From positions 128,419 to 192,418 of the forward strand of contig JAZDQA010000004.1 in NCBI GenBank assembly GCA_043797085.1: 64,000 nt of DNA, given 5' to 3'. The notes beneath the pieces are model-generated. The model was not told where the DNA came from. It saw nothing but the letters and a program-made list of their open reading frames with translations, and did no database searches. The number at the start of each line of letters is the position of its first letter. Position 1 is the first letter of the stretch. Source of the DNA: Pseudomonadota bacterium (GTDB lineage: Bacteria; Campylobacterota; Campylobacteria; Campylobacterales; Sulfurimonadaceae). Of the stretch, positions 50,439 through 60,245 are shown piece by piece. Position numbers and translations under genes: made by a program.

Positions 50439-51389
50439 TTAAGCTTGTAATATTTTAGCTAACTTTGCTTGAAGTTTCAGCCATAATTTATGTTCCATAA
50501 GAGGAAACCCGCTGTAGACTCCCCCGATTTTGATACTTTTTGTAACACCTGAACGGGCAGCAAGCGTTGTAAAAGGGGCAATTGTGAGATGACCTGCTGA
50601 TGCACTTTGTCCCCCCATCACAACATTTCGACCCAAAGTTGTTGATCCTGCAAGACCCGATTGTGAGACCATAATGGAATGTTCACCGACAACACAGTTA
50701 TGACCTATTTGTACCAAATTATCAATTTTAGAGCCATGCTTTATCACCGTTGAGCCAAAAACAGCGCAATCAATCGTCGTATTTGCACCAATTTCTACAT
50801 CATCTTCTATTACAACATTTCCATTTTGATAGAGTTTAATATGCTCTCCCATTTTGGTGTGAGCATACCCAAATCCATCGCTTCCAACAACACTTCCCGC
50901 ATGAATCATTACATTATTACCAACAATACAATCACGATACACAGAGACGTTAGGGTAGAGAATAACATTATCCCCTATGACCGTATCTGTACCTATATAA
51001 ACACCACTCATAATTGTACAGTTCGAACCGATACGTGCACCATTCTCGATATGTGCAGTAGGATAAACAATACTTCCCAAACCAAGGAGAGGTGCAATCT
51101 CGCTGCTTGCAATAGGCTTGGCAAACATTTTAGACAGTCGTGCCACCATAAGATAGGGTTCATCACTACATAAAGCTAGAACATTTTTAGGTAATAAATG
51201 AACTTTAGACGCAGGTAGAATAACGGCTGCTGCCTGAGTTGACTCTAAATCTTTTTCATATTTTGAATCCGAGAGAAAAGATATTTCTCCTGCACTTGCC
51301 TCTTTGAGAGTATTCATCCCCGTAATATCACAATTGTTTTCGGATGAAGCATCAAGTTCAAGGAAATGAATAATATCGTTAAGATTCAT
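50439..51389 (-). CDS. lpxD: UDP-3-O-acylglucosamine N-acyltransferase
   Basis: Hexapeptide repeats, [18 protein letters not shown]. Confidence 0.96.
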   Translation of the reverse strand: MNLNDIIHFLELDASSENNCDITGMNTLKEASAGEISFLSDSKYEKDLESTQAAAVILPASKVHLLPKNVLALCSDEPYLMVARLSKMFAKPIASSEIAPLLGLGSIVYPTAHIENGARIGSNCTIMSGVYIGTDTVIGDNVILYPNVSVYRDCIVGNNVMIHAGSVVGSDGFGYAHTKMGEHIKLYQNGNVVIEDDVEIGANTTIDCAVFGSTVIKHGSKIDNLVQIGHNCVVGEHSIMVSQSGLAGSTTLGRNVVMGGQSASAGHLTIAPFTTLAARSGVTKSIKIGGVYSGFPLMEHKLWLKLQAKLAKILQA

Positions 51390-51860
51390 TTAGCGCTCCA
51401 AAGCTACAGAGCCGCTTCGGACAATTTCTTTTGGATGAAAACGTTTGATGGCTTCCAAGAAATGTCCTACACGCATAGGTTCATCCGCAACCATAACGAT
51501 AAGCGTATCACTGCCAACATTTACAATCCGACCGTTATAGGCATGAGCTAAAGCTTCAATATCACCGAGAGACTCGCTCAAAGGGATCTTAACCATCGCC
51601 ATCTCTTTTTCAACCAAATCCGCATGCTCGTACACTTTTAAAACAGGAATAAGCTTATGCAGCTGTTTGATAATTTGCTCAATGACTTTAATAGAACCTG
51701 CTGTCACGATCGTGATACGTGAGTATTTAGAATCAGGAATAGGAGCAACCGTGAGAGACTCGATATTGTATCCTCGTCCTGAAAAAAGCCCTGCTATACG
51801 AGAAAGGACACTTGCCTCATTTAAAACGATAACGGAAATTACGCGTCGTGCTTGTTCCAT
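51390..51860 (-). CDS. ilvN: Acetolactate synthase small subunit
   Basis: LSRIAGLFSGRGYNIESLTV ACT domain. Confidence 0.95.
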   Translation of the reverse strand: MEQARRVISVIVLNEASVLSRIAGLFSGRGYNIESLTVAPIPDSKYSRITIVTAGSIKVIEQIIKQLHKLIPVLKVYEHADLVEKEMAMVKIPLSESLGDIEALAHAYNGRIVNVGSDTLIVMVADEPMRVGHFLEAIKRFHPKEIVRSGSVALER

Positions 51861-53554
51861 TATTTATCCTTATATTCTAACATCATATTAAAGAGCGAAC
51901 CGCCCGCAGGAACCATCGGCAGTACATTCTCGAAGCGTGCAACCACAACATCAATAAGTGCCACTACATTTTTTTCTACAGCATCTTTAAGCGCTGCATC
52001 AAACTCTTCTTTGGTCGTTACACGGTAACCGACTCCGCCAAAACTTTCAGCAAGTTTTACAAAATCAGGCTGTATCGAAAGATCGGTTGAGGAATGGCGT
52101 TTGTCGTAAAACATCGTTTGCCACTGACGAACCATTCCCAAGAAATTATTGTTCAAAATAACGTTGATAACGGGAAGATTGTATTCAACAGCTGTCATCA
52201 ATTCTTGAATATTCATCAAGATCGAGCCATCACCCGTGATGTTAATACTGACACGCTCCATATCCGCTCGTTTGACTCCAATGGCTGCTGGGAAACCATA
52301 TCCCATCGTCCCTAATCCTCCGGAACTGTTCCATTGACGCGGACGACTAAACGGATAGAACTGCGCCGTCCACATTTGGTGCTGACCTACATCGGTAGAG
52401 ATGTTGGCATCATCACCCAAGAGCTGACCGATACGCTGAACAACCCATTGCGGTTTTAAGCGATCACCCTCTTCTGTGTACGACAATGGATGAAGCTTGT
52501 TAAAATTGGCAATCGTATTGTGCCATGGTGCATAACGCAATGGATCAACTTGATCTTTTGCTAAGGTCATCATAGATTCGACTACATTTTTGACATCACC
52601 AACAATCGGGAAATGGGCATTTACGAGTTTCGATATGCTTGCAGGATCAATATCGACATGGATAATCTGTGCATTTTTTGCAAATTCTGAAAGTTTTCCT
52701 GTGACACGATCATCAAAACGAGCACCCAAACCGATAACCAAATCCGTCTCAGACATCGCCATATTTGCTGCATACGATCCATGCATTCCCAACATTGAAA
52801 TAAGTAACGGATCTGCATGATGAAGTGTTCCGCGTGCCATAAAGGTCTCAACCGCAGGGATTTGCGTCATTTTTGAAAATTCACGCACCAACTCAGCTGC
52901 ACCTGAACTGATAACACCGCCACCAAGATAGAGCAAAGGCCGTTTTGCATTGGCTATTGCTTCAACCGCTTTTTTGATTTGGCGCATATTTCCTTTTATC
53001 GTAGGCTTATAGGTTTCAAGCTCTACTTCTTTGGAATAATCAAATAAGGCTATTTGAGCCGTAACATCTTTGGGAATATCCACATGCACTGGACCTGGGC
53101 GACCGGTACGTGCTAAATAAAATGCTTCTTTGAGGATACGCGCCAAATCCTTGGCATCCGTTACCAGATAGTTATGCTTCGTACATGGACGACTTATTCC
53201 TACAGCATCGATCTCTTGGAACGCATCTGTCCCAATAAGAGACATAGGGACTTGTCCGCTGATAACCACAAGAGGAACAGAGTCCATATAAGCATCTGCG
53301 ATACCAGTAATCGCATTGGTAAATCCAGGACCTGAGGTAATCATTGCAACCCCGACTTTACCTGAAGCTTTTGCATACCCCTCAGCAGCGTGTACAGCTG
53401 CTTGCTCATGACGTGTAAGGACGTGTTGAAACGAACTTTGTTGATAAATTGCATCATAGACGTTCATAATTGCACCGCCTGGATAACCGAATATGACTTC
53501 GACTTCCTCCGCGATAAGAGCTTCGATAACCATCTGTGCGCCGCTTATTTGCAT
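51860..53554 (-). CDS. ilvB: Acetolactate synthase large subunit
   Basis: FGYPGGA, RHEQ, TSGPG, GDGS...N.QE TPP motif. Confidence 0.96.
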   Translation of the reverse strand: MQISGAQMVIEALIAEEVEVIFGYPGGAIMNVYDAIYQQSSFQHVLTRHEQAAVHAAEGYAKASGKVGVAMITSGPGFTNAITGIADAYMDSVPLVVISGQVPMSLIGTDAFQEIDAVGISRPCTKHNYLVTDAKDLARILKEAFYLARTGRPGPVHVDIPKDVTAQIALFDYSKEVELETYKPTIKGNMRQIKKAVEAIANAKRPLLYLGGGVISSGAAELVREFSKMTQIPAVETFMARGTLHHADPLLISMLGMHGSYAANMAMSETDLVIGLGARFDDRVTGKLSEFAKNAQIIHVDIDPASISKLVNAHFPIVGDVKNVVESMMTLAKDQVDPLRYAPWHNTIANFNKLHPLSYTEEGDRLKPQWVVQRIGQLLGDDANISTDVGQHQMWTAQFYPFSRPRQWNSSGGLGTMGYGFPAAIGVKRADMERVSINITGDGSILMNIQELMTAVEYNLPVINVILNNNFLGMVRQWQTMFYDKRHSSTDLSIQPDFVKLAESFGGVGYRVTTKEEFDAALKDAVEKNVVALIDVVVARFENVLPMVPAGGSLFNMMLEYKDK

Positions 53555-53670
53555 GTCGTCTCCTTTACGTAAAATAGGTGTGAATAATATTGAAAAATTA
53601 CGAAATTATAAGTGATTTTAACTATAAATTACGTTAAATAGACCATTGGCTTCATAAAAACAGATTAGAA

Positions 53671-53712
53671 TTGATATTCATCAATCTATCATAGAGCAAA
53701 GAGCGTTAAAAT
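53671..53712 (+). promoter_or_regulatory. FNR/DNR box plus -10 element of the cytochrome c promoter
   Basis: Perfect TTGAT-ATTC-ATCAA at 53671-53684 and TAAAAT at 53707-53712. The box is centred near -41.5. Confidence 0.8.
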
Positions 53713-53735
53713 TCTAAAAATTTAAAGGACAGACT

Positions 53736-54140
53736 ATGAAAATGATCTTTTTGACAACTTTAACCACCGTGATATTAAGTGCAACGGACGGTTATTCTCT
53801 CTATAAAAATAATTGTATGAAATGTCATGCAGAGATGATGACCAAAGCAGAAGTGATGAAATCCTTTGGAACTTTAAAAGCACCGCCCATGATCGAAGTT
53901 TCCAATCGACTTAAAGCCAATGTTCGTATTGCAGATGAGGATAAAGACGTTAAACGTCGCGTTATAATCGCTTTTATCAAAGACTATATCGATAATCCAA
54001 GTATTCAGTACAGTATGTGTGAGCCAATGGCGTTGGAAAAATTTGGTGTAATGCCCTCTCTAAAAGGCAAGCTCAATAACGAACAAAAGGAAGCCGTTGC
54101 AGCGTGGATATATGACCGTTATGAAGGTAAAGCCTTTTAA
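53736..54140 (+). CDS. Periplasmic monoheme cytochrome c
   Basis: Signal peptide, CMKCH, distal FGVMP. Confidence 0.88.
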   Translation: MKMIFLTTLTTVILSATDGYSLYKNNCMKCHAEMMTKAEVMKSFGTLKAPPMIEVSNRLKANVRIADEDKDVKRRVIIAFIKDYIDNPSIQYSMCEPMALEKFGVMPSLKGKLNNEQKEAVAAWIYDRYEGKAF

Positions 54141-55042
54141 GGTATTGCTTTTCTTGTCCTGAAATACTCCAGCGCGACTCCTTCGCGCAATCCATCATCG
54201 ATGACAATAGCATTCTTTACTTCAAGAGCATCAAAAATCATTTCTATAATGCGTATTCCCACAATAATTAATTGCTCTCTTCCCACGCCCACATAACGTG
54301 CTCGTGTTGTCTCATCCATTGCAAGCAACTCGTCCAATATACGTACACAGTCAGAGCGCTTTAAAAAAGTACCGTTGATTTTTCCGGCATCATACGTTTG
54401 ATAATCCATTCCCAACAAATAAGCTGCAATGGTAGTCGGTGTACCCGCAGTTAAAACAAGAGTTTTCGGGGTTGATTCCAAAGCCAATGATTGAATATAA
54501 AGGGAAATATTTTCACGAAAAAATTCTAACTCATGATTTATAATCTCGCTAATTTGAGATTTTTCACTGAGTGTAACGATTCCCAGAGGAAAGCTTTTTG
54601 ATGCAGTTTTCTTTTTTGAAACAACCACTGCTTCCGTCGAGCCCCCGCCTATATCTATCAATACTAATTCATTACAGTTGAGATTTAATATATTAAGACG
54701 ATTTTTTACTGCTATTAAGGTCAGGCGTGCCTCTTCATCTCCATCAATAATACGAAAATTTATTCCTGTTTTTTGACGAATTTGTTCCAATACTTCGCTG
54801 GAATTATCTGCTATTCTCATTGCAGCGGTGGTGACAGCGACTACTTCATGACCTGTAAAATCGATATACTCTTTAGCCTCATTTACACCATTTAAAATTC
54901 TCTCCAAGGCAAATGTACCAATTTTATTGGTTTGATTAATTCCCTCAGCGGTGCGAACAATTTTTTCAAAACTTTTCCCCCAATTCACCCCGTCATACAC
55001 AATAAAACGAAGGGTATTAGAACCTAAATCAATCGCAATCAT
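54137..55042 (-). CDS. Ppx/GppA family phosphatase
   Basis: IDLGSNT, TAAMR, G.EEA, DIGGGSTE, GLREG. Confidence 0.9.
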   Translation of the reverse strand: MIAIDLGSNTLRFIVYDGVNWGKSFEKIVRTAEGINQTNKIGTFALERILNGVNEAKEYIDFTGHEVVAVTTAAMRIADNSSEVLEQIRQKTGINFRIIDGDEEARLTLIAVKNRLNILNLNCNELVLIDIGGGSTEAVVVSKKKTASKSFPLGIVTLSEKSQISEIINHELEFFRENISLYIQSLALESTPKTLVLTAGTPTTIAAYLLGMDYQTYDAGKINGTFLKRSDCVRILDELLAMDETTRARYVGVGREQLIIVGIRIIEMIFDALEVKNAIVIDDGLREGVALEYFRTRKAIP

Positions 55043-57171
55043 GAAGATTTAGACGTTATATCACTTATAAGCATGGAAGGAACCCATGTATCTAGAGAAC
55101 CATGCTTGATCATTTGTAAATCCAGATGTGTCGTATAATTATGCTTATATAAATTAAAAAAGTAAATCATATACTCATCCGCGCCAAACAATCCGACATA
55201 ATTGCGAATACCATTTTCCAACTCAGATGCAGGGGCATTGGCACGCAATTTTTGTTCAAGCTGCACCGAATAACATTGCGCAAAAACACTTCCCATCGCC
55301 GAATATTTTGCACTGATGGGTAAATAGAACTCAAACTGTTTTCGTAATCCGTCAATATCCCCTTTTAGAGCATAACGTAATGACAAATCAAGAACTTTAT
55401 TCCAATGACCCTCTAATTTTTGTGCTTCAGGTGTTTCATACAGCAATGGATAAGAGGCAAGATAGGCAAAAGCATTAAGCAGATTATCCGATGCAATTGC
55501 ATCAAAAAAGAGATGTTTAACTTTTATTGTTTCCAATAGTTCATTTGCCTCTTTAGAATAATCAGGGAAAAAAGTCAGTACTTCACACGCTCTTTTAGCT
55601 AAAACGAAATCGTTATTCTGATACGCTTTCATCGACTGTATGTAAAGTTTATCAGCATAATCCATAATCGTGTTGTATTCAGAAAATTCTTTTAAAAAGG
55701 GATGGTTTTTTATTAATTCAAAAAACTTAATGAAATTACGTGCGGTAATCACCTTTTTAAAATATTCATAGAGTCGTTTCTCTGCAAAAAGCTGTTGAAT
55801 GAGAATCGTTTTTTCAGATATCCCACGGTAGGGTGCCAGTAGCGTTCTGGCTTGCTCCTCACCACCGACTCCCAAAATGAGCTCTTGTGCTTTTGAGAAC
55901 AATTTCTTCCAGCGAAGTTCCATTTTTCGATACGGTTCAGAGTCTTGAAATGCGGTATATTGTTTTGCCATTGAATAGGCTAATGGAAGTCGCCCTTCTT
56001 GTGCGCACGTTTGAAACTGAGCATATTTCTCATAATCTCGCAGAATTTGTGTAATAAGTCCATTTTTATTGGGAATACCGCTAAAAAGTTCAAGTAAATC
56101 TTTTGCTTTTCCCTTATCTCCTTTTTCCAAATAGAGCCGTGCTTTAGATAGAACATCTCTCCAAATTTTTTCCACCAACTCATACGGTTTTGAATACGAC
56201 AATATTGGATTTTCATCCACAATGAGATAAAAAGCTCTATATTGACGTTGGCGCAAAAGATCCATATACCCGTCTTGATCTCCGAAAAGTGAATAAAACC
56301 GAACATTTCCCGAAACTGTTCCAATAGCCAAACGAAAGTCTTTTTCAATAAAAGCCATAGAGCTAATTTCTTCACTCTCTTTTAAATATCGCTGTTTGAC
56401 AAGCTCCATTGATTGCATATCGTACAAAGCGACATATCCTAGTTTTGTTCCTACAAATACAAATCGTTTATCATTGCTAATGCACATAGCCGTGATGGTA
56501 TCGTTCATCTTTGGTAATCGTTTAAGGACTCTCCCGGTACGAATATCCCAAACAATCAGTCCACCCTCTTTTTCGGCTGACAATAGACGAATATCCGGTA
56601 AAAATAGCATACTTACAATCACACTTCCATGACCGATAAGCTTCAAAGGTCGCTTCATAGTTGCAAGATTGAGCAAGTTAATAGTACGATCAAAACTACC
56701 CGTAGCGATCCATTGCCCCGAATCATTAAAAGCAATCGATGTTACAAAATCGGCATGAGGTGGCATAGAAAATGCCAATCGCGCAGTTTTGATAGCCCAT
56801 ACAAACACCTTGCCATCCTGTCCACATGTGACACAATATCTGCTGTTTGGATCAATACCGACACTCTCTATTTCACCCTGATGTCGCCCGAATTTGTATA
56901 AAAGTTCTTTTTTTACTGTACTAAAAAGTGCTGCTTTATTACTTTTTGGAACAATAGAAATGGAGTAATTTCCGTCAAAGGAAATATCTACAATCGCACC
57001 TGATGTTCGCTCATGATGAATATTACTTTTGAATCCTCCGATTACTTTATAATCTTCCATAGAGATAATACGTACGGTTGTTTGAGCGTCAATAATAGCG
57101 AGTGAGCTATCAGAGAGTGTTTTGATTTTAAGGATAGGAACTTTGATATTAAGTAATTTAACTACTTCCAT
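55039..57171 (-). CDS. WD40-repeat protein with helical C-terminal repeats
   Basis: H.GEIESV...TCGQDGKVFVW, ATGSFDRTI, GH...LIVWD. Confidence 0.85.
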   Translation of the reverse strand: MEVVKLLNIKVPILKIKTLSDSSLAIIDAQTTVRIISMEDYKVIGGFKSNIHHERTSGAIVDISFDGNYSISIVPKSNKAALFSTVKKELLYKFGRHQGEIESVGIDPNSRYCVTCGQDGKVFVWAIKTARLAFSMPPHADFVTSIAFNDSGQWIATGSFDRTINLLNLATMKRPLKLIGHGSVIVSMLFLPDIRLLSAEKEGGLIVWDIRTGRVLKRLPKMNDTITAMCISNDKRFVFVGTKLGYVALYDMQSMELVKQRYLKESEEISSMAFIEKDFRLAIGTVSGNVRFYSLFGDQDGYMDLLRQRQYRAFYLIVDENPILSYSKPYELVEKIWRDVLSKARLYLEKGDKGKAKDLLELFSGIPNKNGLITQILRDYEKYAQFQTCAQEGRLPLAYSMAKQYTAFQDSEPYRKMELRWKKLFSKAQELILGVGGEEQARTLLAPYRGISEKTILIQQLFAEKRLYEYFKKVITARNFIKFFELIKNHPFLKEFSEYNTIMDYADKLYIQSMKAYQNNDFVLAKRACEVLTFFPDYSKEANELLETIKVKHLFFDAIASDNLLNAFAYLASYPLLYETPEAQKLEGHWNKVLDLSLRYALKGDIDGLRKQFEFYLPISAKYSAMGSVFAQCYSVQLEQKLRANAPASELENGIRNYVGLFGADEYMIYFFNLYKHNYTTHLDLQMIKHGSLDTWVPSMLISDITSKSS

Positions 57172-57181
57172 CCCTTACCCT

Positions 57182-58393
57182 TTAGTTCTCTTCGCTACTA
57201 AGATAGTGATTTTCACGTAAGGAGGAACGAATTTGAGCTTGATGTTCTTCCCCTTTGGTCTCTAAATGAATTCGAACGTTTGCATCTCCGTATGACAATG
57301 ATGTGGATGTCCGATCGTATTCAATATGGACGATGTTAGCATTGAGTTCTTGTAACATTCGGGTCAACTGCATCAATGCACCCGGTTTATCGATGAGCGT
57401 TACAGTGAGTTTCATCTTTCGCCCAGATTTAATAAGCCCTTTTTCGATAATAATAGAGAGCAAGGTGACGTCCATATTGCCGCCGCTGAGGACAATTCCT
57501 ACTTTTTTACCTTTGAGATGAGGTAATTTATCGTGAAGCAATGCAGCGACTCCTGCTGCACCTGCCCCCTCGACAACCAATTTTTGGCGCTCAAGCAAGA
57601 ACAAAATAGCGTTCGCAATCTCTTCGTCGTCTACACCAACCATCGTATCCACTGTCTCTAAAATATGCCCCAACGTTAGCGCAGAGGTATCTCGAACCGC
57701 AATACCATCCGCAATAGTACGAACACTTAAACTGTCAATGGCTTTTTTGGCTTCAAACGATTCTCTCATTGCCGGAGCACCCATTGCACTCACGCCGATG
57801 ACTTCAATAGAGGGAGTCATCTGCTTGATACACGACGCCATGCCCGAAATCAGTCCCCCTCCACCAACGGGAATTACGATAGCGTCCAAGTCAGGAATAG
57901 TATTGAGCATCTCAAGAGCTATCGTCCCCTGCCCTGCCATAACCGCTTCATCCGCGAATGGATGGACAAAAACCATCTCATTTTTTTGGCTGTATTCGTA
58001 CGCATACGCATACGCTTCATCGTAATTTGATCCCGACAAAATAACTTCGGCTCCGTAATAGCGAACACCGTTTATTTTTGTAAGCGGAGTGGATTCCGGC
58101 ATCACGATAAGTGCATTGATAGCAAAAATTTGTGCCGCCATAGCCACACCTTGCGCATGATTCCCTGCACTTGCAGTGATTACACCAAGAGAACGCTCAT
58201 GGTCACTAAGTGATGCTATTTTATTGTAAGCACCCCGTATTTTAAACGCACCCGTTACTTGCAAATTCTCTTTTTTGAGGTAAATCTCACATCCGCTTTG
58301 TTCACTGAGACGTGGCGCATAGGAAAAAGGAGTCTCATCAACAATCCCGTTTATTCGCTCGTGTGCGGCTACTATCGTTTTTAAATCGATCAA
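57182..58393 (-). CDS. ilvA: Threonine ammonia-lyase
   Basis: ENLQ.TGAFKIRGA, ASAGNHAQG, PVGGGGL, C-terminal ACT domain. Confidence 0.94.
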   Translation of the reverse strand: MIDLKTIVAAHERINGIVDETPFSYAPRLSEQSGCEIYLKKENLQVTGAFKIRGAYNKIASLSDHERSLGVITASAGNHAQGVAMAAQIFAINALIVMPESTPLTKINGVRYYGAEVILSGSNYDEAYAYAYEYSQKNEMVFVHPFADEAVMAGQGTIALEMLNTIPDLDAIVIPVGGGGLISGMASCIKQMTPSIEVIGVSAMGAPAMRESFEAKKAIDSLSVRTIADGIAVRDTSALTLGHILETVDTMVGVDDEEIANAILFLLERQKLVVEGAGAAGVAALLHDKLPHLKGKKVGIVLSGGNMDVTLLSIIIEKGLIKSGRKMKLTVTLIDKPGALMQLTRMLQELNANIVHIEYDRTSTSLSYGDANVRIHLETKGEEHQAQIRSSLRENHYLSSEEN

Positions 58394-58402
58394 TGTTTCC
58401 CT

Positions 58403-58837
58403 TTAAGTATTAATAAGTCGATGTTCGACCATACTGCAATGATTTTGAACTACTTGCATACCCGCATTTTGTGCTTGAGCTGCGGCTTCGTTGTTGACAA
58501 TCCCTTTTTGTGCCCAAAAAACTTTTACATCGCCTCGTGCGATACATGCATCGGCAACTGCATTCAGCGCATCCGGCTTTCGAAAGATATTGACCATATC
58601 AATAGTAAACGGGATCTCTTCAAGTGAGCGATAAACTTTTTCTCCTAAAATCATCTCTTCTTTGGGATATACAGGGACAATCGTATAGCCAGCATTTTTG
58701 AGGTATTGCGCCACACGATAACTGTCTTTTGTAGCGTCTGGCGATAAACCCAATACGGCGATTGTTTTAATCTGAGCAAAAATTGCTTTTATTTCATCAT
58801 TATTGGCATTAACGGTCGGAAATTCACACTCCATCAA
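58403..58837 (-). CDS. CoA-binding protein (YccU-like)
   Basis: TIAVLGLS, IDMVNIFR, W.Q.G, C.MVEH. Confidence 0.88.
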   Translation of the reverse strand: MMECEFPTVNANNDEIKAIFAQIKTIAVLGLSPDATKDSYRVAQYLKNAGYTIVPVYPKEEMILGEKVYRSLEEIPFTIDMVNIFRKPDALNAVADACIARGDVKVFWAQKGIVNNEAAAQAQNAGMQVVQNHCSMVEHRLINT

Positions 58838-58900
58838 ATTCTCCTCAAAAATTCTACATAAACTTTATTATACCCAAAGAACTTCGTGTGTGGAGGAAAA

Positions 58901-60169
58901 CTATAACGTTTTAGCCTCTTCACCGATATAACGCTGTCTTGGGCGTGCAATTTTCATTTCAGGATCATTTTTGAGTTCAATCCATTGTGTAATCCATCCC
59001 ACACAACGACCAATGACAAAAATGATGGTAAACATCGATTGAGGAATTTTTAATGCGGTCAAAATAAGCCCTGAATAAAAATCGATATTCGGATACAGTT
59101 TTCGCTCTATAAAATAAGGATCATTTAGGGCAATTTCTTCTATTTTTTGTGCGATTTTAAGAAGATTGCTGTCAATTCCCAAATCATCTTTGAGCTCATC
59201 AAGCAATTTTTTGAGGATTTTTGAGCGCGGATCAAAGTTTTTATAGACACGATGTCCAAAACCCATGAGCTTGAAATCATCGTGAGGATCTTTTACTCGT
59301 GCAATAAACCCATCAACATTTTCAACACTTCCAATCATTTCCAGTTGTGCGATAACCGATTCATTCGCTCCGCCGTGCGCTCTCCCCCAAAGTGCATTTA
59401 TTCCGGCTGAAAGTGCCGCATACGGGTGTGCTCCTGTTGAAGCCACCGCACGTACCGTCGAGGTAGAGGCATTTTGCTCATGATCGGCATGAAGGGTAAA
59501 AATCGTATCCAATGCCCGTATTTCCACATCGCGAATTTCGAGATTCTCTCCCGGATACGCACGCATCATGTAGAGAAAATTTTCGGTAAAAGGTCGTTCA
59601 ATGTCGGGATAGATGTAGGGAATACCAAACATTCTCCTATGCGTAAAAGCAGCCAGTGTCGGAATTTTAGCAATGATCCGTCGAGCCATCACCTGTGCTT
59701 CTTCGTCACTAGAAACATTTAGATGTTCAAAATAAAACGTAGAGAGTGCCGACACTGCCGATGACATCATCGCCATGGGATGCGCTTTATCGGGAAATGC
59801 ATCAAACAGCCGTTTCAATCCTTCGTGTACAAAAGAGCGTTTACGAAGTTCGATGTCAAACTCAGCACGCTCTTTTTCATTTGGAAGTTTGTTGGTCAGG
59901 AGAAGATACGCCACATCCAAATAACTTTTTTTCGTAGCTAAATCAGAAATATCGTATCCGCGATAACGCAATTCTCCTTTGTCTCCATCGATATAGGTGA
60001 TGGCTGAACTGCAACTTGCGGTGGAAGTAAATCCAGGGTCATAGGTAAACATCCCCGTCTCTTTATACAAGGATCTCACATCGATAACGTCAGGTCCCAT
60101 CGTCGGGTTCAAAATCGGAAATTCATAACTTTTACCGTTTCGATTATCGATAAGAGTAATACTGCTCAT
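58901..60169 (-). CDS. gltA: Citrate synthase
   Basis: YDPGF, LHADHEQNAST, HGGANE, MGFGHRVYKN, YPNIDFYSG. Confidence 0.97.
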   Translation of the reverse strand: MSSITLIDNRNGKSYEFPILNPTMGPDVIDVRSLYKETGMFTYDPGFTSTASCSSAITYIDGDKGELRYRGYDISDLATKKSYLDVAYLLLTNKLPNEKERAEFDIELRKRSFVHEGLKRLFDAFPDKAHPMAMMSSAVSALSTFYFEHLNVSSDEEAQVMARRIIAKIPTLAAFTHRRMFGIPYIYPDIERPFTENFLYMMRAYPGENLEIRDVEIRALDTIFTLHADHEQNASTSTVRAVASTGAHPYAALSAGINALWGRAHGGANESVIAQLEMIGSVENVDGFIARVKDPHDDFKLMGFGHRVYKNFDPRSKILKKLLDELKDDLGIDSNLLKIAQKIEEIALNDPYFIERKLYPNIDFYSGLILTALKIPQSMFTIIFVIGRCVGWITQWIELKNDPEMKIARPRQRYIGEEAKTL

Positions 60170-60245
60170 GTCCTATCCCCTAGTATAATGAAAATAAATA
60201 CCTATACTAATACTATCAAGCTTTGCTATTGATAAAAATAATGGA

